From Bdellovibrionales bacterium RIFOXYD12_FULL_39_22 (GTDB lineage: Bacteria; Bdellovibrionota; Bacteriovoracia; Bacteriovoracales; Bacteriovoracaceae): a stretch of DNA of 20,000 nt. Location of the stretch: positions 60,984 to 80,983 of the forward strand of contig MEQL01000051.1 in assembly GCA_001770205.1 (NCBI GenBank). The letters run 5' to 3'. Both the position numbers and the translations under genes were made by a program. Numbering within the stretch: the first letter of the stretch is position 1; every line of letters starts with the position of its first letter. This document shows, one piece after another, positions 17,507 to 20,000 of this stretch. The notes under the pieces are model-generated. The model was not told where the DNA came from. It worked only from the letters and a program-made list of their open reading frames with translations, and did no database searches.

Positions 17507-17610
17507 CAAGCTAATATTAAAAATTTGGTCCATGCCTGCGTATTTCTCAACTTTCGTGATCTTGCGCAGAAAAGCTCGCCTTTCTGCGCAAGATCTATTA
17601 TCCGCCAACG
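17507..17610. repeat. Structured direct repeat, copy 1 (contains a perfect 15-bp hairpin)
   Basis: Matches 19314-19416 at about 80/104 positions by manual alignment. Stem GATCTTGCGCAGAAA (17558-17572), 8-nt loop, TTTCTGCGCAAGATC (17581-17595). Confidence 0.85.
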
Positions 17611-17732
17611 TTTTTGAGCACAAACCACTTGCGATCTAGTGGTTTTAGGGTGAGCCCTTTTTATGTAGGGTAATCAGCTTGTCTAAAATAAGCATTTTAT
17701 ATATAGTATTTACTAAATTACAAATGAGAAGT

Positions 17733-19295
17733 ATGAAAAAAGATATATTTGCAGTTCAAATGTCAGATGGGATCACTCTTAAAACATTCGTTTATTCTGC
17801 GGACGAAAATTTATCTGTACCACTTCCCGTAGTCTTGTTGCGAACACCATATTTATTTAAGGATGGTCAATTTAGAGATGATCGTTATGAAAAGGAGGCC
17901 GAATACTATATCGCCCGAGGGTACCTTTTTTGTGTTCAATCAATACGAGGAACTCATGGTTCCGAGGGAACTTTTAAATTACTTCACCCAATTGAAATTT
18001 CTGATGGAAAAGATACTCTTTCCTGGTTAGCGGTTCAACCGTTTTGCAATGGGAATGTTGCGGTAGTTGGCAGTTCCTATGAAGGATTTACTGCTTTAGC
18101 CGCTGGAATAACTGGCCATTATATTTTGAAAGTTGTGTTTGCATCTAGCGCACCGGCAAGTCTTTATGATGATTATTTTTTGAATCGTGGAATATTAAAT
18201 TTAACCACATTAGATTATTTAAGATATATTCAAACAGGTCAGGGATGGGTAAATACTAAGGATTTTAATAAAATCATTGATGAAAAATGTAAAAATATTG
18301 CTGATATTAGAACCTATGATGAGGCCGTCTTCAATCTAAATATCCCAGAGTGGAAATTGATATCCAGAAATTATTGTGATCCCAATGCTGTTTTTTGGAA
18401 AGAGCGACAAATCGTGGATCAACTAAAGAGTATCATCGTTCCGACTTATCATATGGCAGGGTTACAATATGACGGAAATTCGGCAGATACCGTTCGCAAT
18501 TTTGTAGAAACACAAAAGAACTCTAAAAATAAGTCACAACACCACCTCCTTTTGGGGTTTTGGAATCATGGCCAGTCTATGCCACACGGAGACGGATCAA
18601 ATGCCTCAGAATTCATAAAAGATAAATATGATAGCCTGCTTAGATATTATTTAAAAAATGACAAAACTGCTAATTTAGAAAATCAACAAGTTTGTATACA
18701 ATCAAACTTTGATAACAAATTTTTAAATGACACCCAATATCCTTTAAGCTCTTTGAAGGAGTTGAAATTATTTTTAAATCATAATGGAGATAAGGGGTCT
18801 CTAGAACATTCAATTTGTTCTTCTAGAAATGAATCTTTATATAATTTTTTTCCTCTAGAAAAAAATATGTATGACGGAAAACAACATGTTGAATTCGAAT
18901 GTGCCGTCGATAGAGATTTTTGTTTTTTAGGAGGTATTGAAATTGACGTCTATTGCAAACTGCCGGTACCGCAAGGTGACATTATGTTTTTCTTTTATAA
19001 AATTGATAAGCAAGGTGAGCGACATTATTACGGCGACAGATCCGCAATTAAAATTATAGCTGACAGCTTGAATATAAGTCATATTAATATTGAGTCTAGT
19101 CCTATGATGGATAAATTAGTCTCTGGTGAGACATTTGGAGTTGAAATAACCAGCAATAACTTTCCAGTCAGAGCAAGAAATACAGGAAGAGAAATGGTGT
19201 CTTTCTTCAATGGTTTTAGTGATACTCAAATATCAATTCTTCATTCTTATGAATATCAATCGTCGTTAACCTTTAAAATAGAGTCATCACTTTAA
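17733..19295 (+). CDS. CocE/NonD family (peptidase S15) alpha/beta serine hydrolase
   Basis: MSDGITL, P.VLLRTPY, RGT.GSEG, nucleophile GSSYEG, GFWNHG and a C-terminal GVEITSNNFP. The ATG at 17733 is preferred to the TTG at 17679. Confidence 0.9.
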   Translation: MKKDIFAVQMSDGITLKTFVYSADENLSVPLPVVLLRTPYLFKDGQFRDDRYEKEAEYYIARGYLFCVQSIRGTHGSEGTFKLLHPIEISDGKDTLSWLAVQPFCNGNVAVVGSSYEGFTALAAGITGHYILKVVFASSAPASLYDDYFLNRGILNLTTLDYLRYIQTGQGWVNTKDFNKIIDEKCKNIADIRTYDEAVFNLNIPEWKLISRNYCDPNAVFWKERQIVDQLKSIIVPTYHMAGLQYDGNSADTVRNFVETQKNSKNKSQHHLLLGFWNHGQSMPHGDGSNASEFIKDKYDSLLRYYLKNDKTANLENQQVCIQSNFDNKFLNDTQYPLSSLKELKLFLNHNGDKGSLEHSICSSRNESLYNFFPLEKNMYDGKQHVEFECAVDRDFCFLGGIEIDVYCKLPVPQGDIMFFFYKIDKQGERHYYGDRSAIKIIADSLNISHINIESSPMMDKLVSGETFGVEITSNNFPVRARNTGREMVSFFNGFSDTQISILHSYEYQSSLTFKIESSL

Positions 19296-19313
19296 AGTCA
19301 TTCCACCGTTTTT

Positions 19314-19416
19314 CAAGCAAATATTTAAATTTCGGGCCATGCCCGTTATTTCTCAACTTTTATGTTCTTACTCAGAAAAGCTCGCCTTGCCGAGCATTAC
19401 TCACTATCCTCCAGCG
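19314..19416. repeat. Structured direct repeat, copy 2 (diverged)
   Basis: Shares the identical blocks TATTTCTCAACTTT (14 bp) and CAGAAAAGCTCGCCTT (16 bp) with copy 1. Starts 18 bp after the cocE stop. Confidence 0.85.
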
Positions 19417-19626
19417 ATTGCAGCCACCGAAATCGGCAATTATGGAGTTACCAGCACTGCCACAAACTGGCCCATCTACTTTATAAACATTTAATCGGAT
19501 ATCTCCAGCACCGCGACTAATTCCAACAATTGATTTCATTGCAACTCTCACGCGAGCAATATCTTGCTCTGGACTTGCAAATGCAGATAGTGATATTAAT
19601 GCACATAGGTGATCGGTATTTTTCAT
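19372..19626 (-). pseudogene. Probable truncated gene for a small secreted protein, running into repeat copy 2
   Basis: LCALISLSAFA-SPEQD looks like a signal-peptide cleavage region. The last ~15 codons and the stop lie inside the repeat. No clear RBS. Confidence 0.45.
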
Positions 19627-19755
19627 GTTGCGCGTAAACTAAGAGTTTGCCTGTGTAACAAAGCTGCTGAAGGGGCATTTAGGGTCGACGGCCAAGGTAC
19701 CGACTGCCTTTCCTCAAGATATTATAAATTTTTTCATTTAAATAACTTCCACTAA

Positions 19756-20000
19756 CTATGTAAGAGCTTGCTTTAGCAGATACGAAGTCGGCCGGTTAAG
19801 GATCTCTTTTTTTAGTGGCTTAAAGCGATCTACTAAATCCGGAGGAGGTTTAAACTTGAGATCAGGAAATAGTTTTTCTATTATATTGATACTCATCGCC
19901 AGCACCGATGAATATAGATCCATTACTGTAGGATTCTTAAATTTCTTTTGCGGATTTTTTAGCACGTATTGCAGGGCGATTTTAATCTCGCGAGGGGATG
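19756..20000 (-). mobile_element. 3' end of a probable REP-associated tyrosine transposase (RAYT) / IS200-like Y1 HUH enzyme (5' part outside window)
   Basis: The frame stays open to the window edge and reads SPREIKIALQYVLKNPQKK...DLYSS. This matches the RAYT/Y1 catalytic-Tyr helix (Y-I/V-xx-NP) and the downstream Y/W-SS motif. The HUH motif is not visible. Confidence 0.68.

Noticed and set aside
17558..17595. 15-bp hairpin as a simple intrinsic terminator
   Set aside because: It lies between divergently transcribed genes, has no U-tract on either side, and is embedded in a longer conserved repeat.
17507..19416. Repeats as CRISPR repeats or classical integron attC sites (CCGCCAAC / GTTGGCG at the end of copy 1)
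   Set aside because: Only two copies 1.8 kb apart and no cas genes, so not CRISPR. There is no matched RYYYAAC...GTTRRRY pair, copy 2 lacks the GTT, no intI is in the window, and the flanked genes are in mixed orientation.
19627..19665. c-di-GMP-I riboswitch (GGCAAAC...CGCAA on the minus strand)
   Set aside because: It lacks the GNRA tetraloop and the second stem with its receptor.

Overview
AT-rich bacterial window. The gene content (pseudo-receiver/degenerate HD-GYP protein, Gld-like ABC operon, Cys-rich HELGH secreted protein, nrfHA) suggests a Bdellovibrionota/Bacteriovoracia-like organism; this is inference. The left ~12 kb is mostly housekeeping: truD 3' end, HD-GYP-like regulator, metG, two-subunit class I fumarate hydratase, Rep/UvrD helicase, a small PepSY-like protein and a GldA/GldF/GldG/DUF4340 operon. 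The middle holds nrfHA, whose NrfA has CXXCH rather than CXXCK at heme 1. It also holds a frameshifted XRE-like HTH gene missed by the ORF track and a secreted zinc-metalloprotease-like gene. The right ~4.5 kb looks accessory: an AAA_14/DUF4143 ATPase-nuclease with a palindromic operator, a Nudix hydrolase, a CocE/NonD hydrolase bracketed by two diverged ~104-bp structured direct repeats, a disrupted secreted-protein gene, and the 3' end of a probable RAYT/Y1 HUH transposase. The best candidate for an undescribed system is this RAYT-like gene plus structured repeats delimiting single-gene cassettes. All calls come from motif recognition by eye; no database searches were run.
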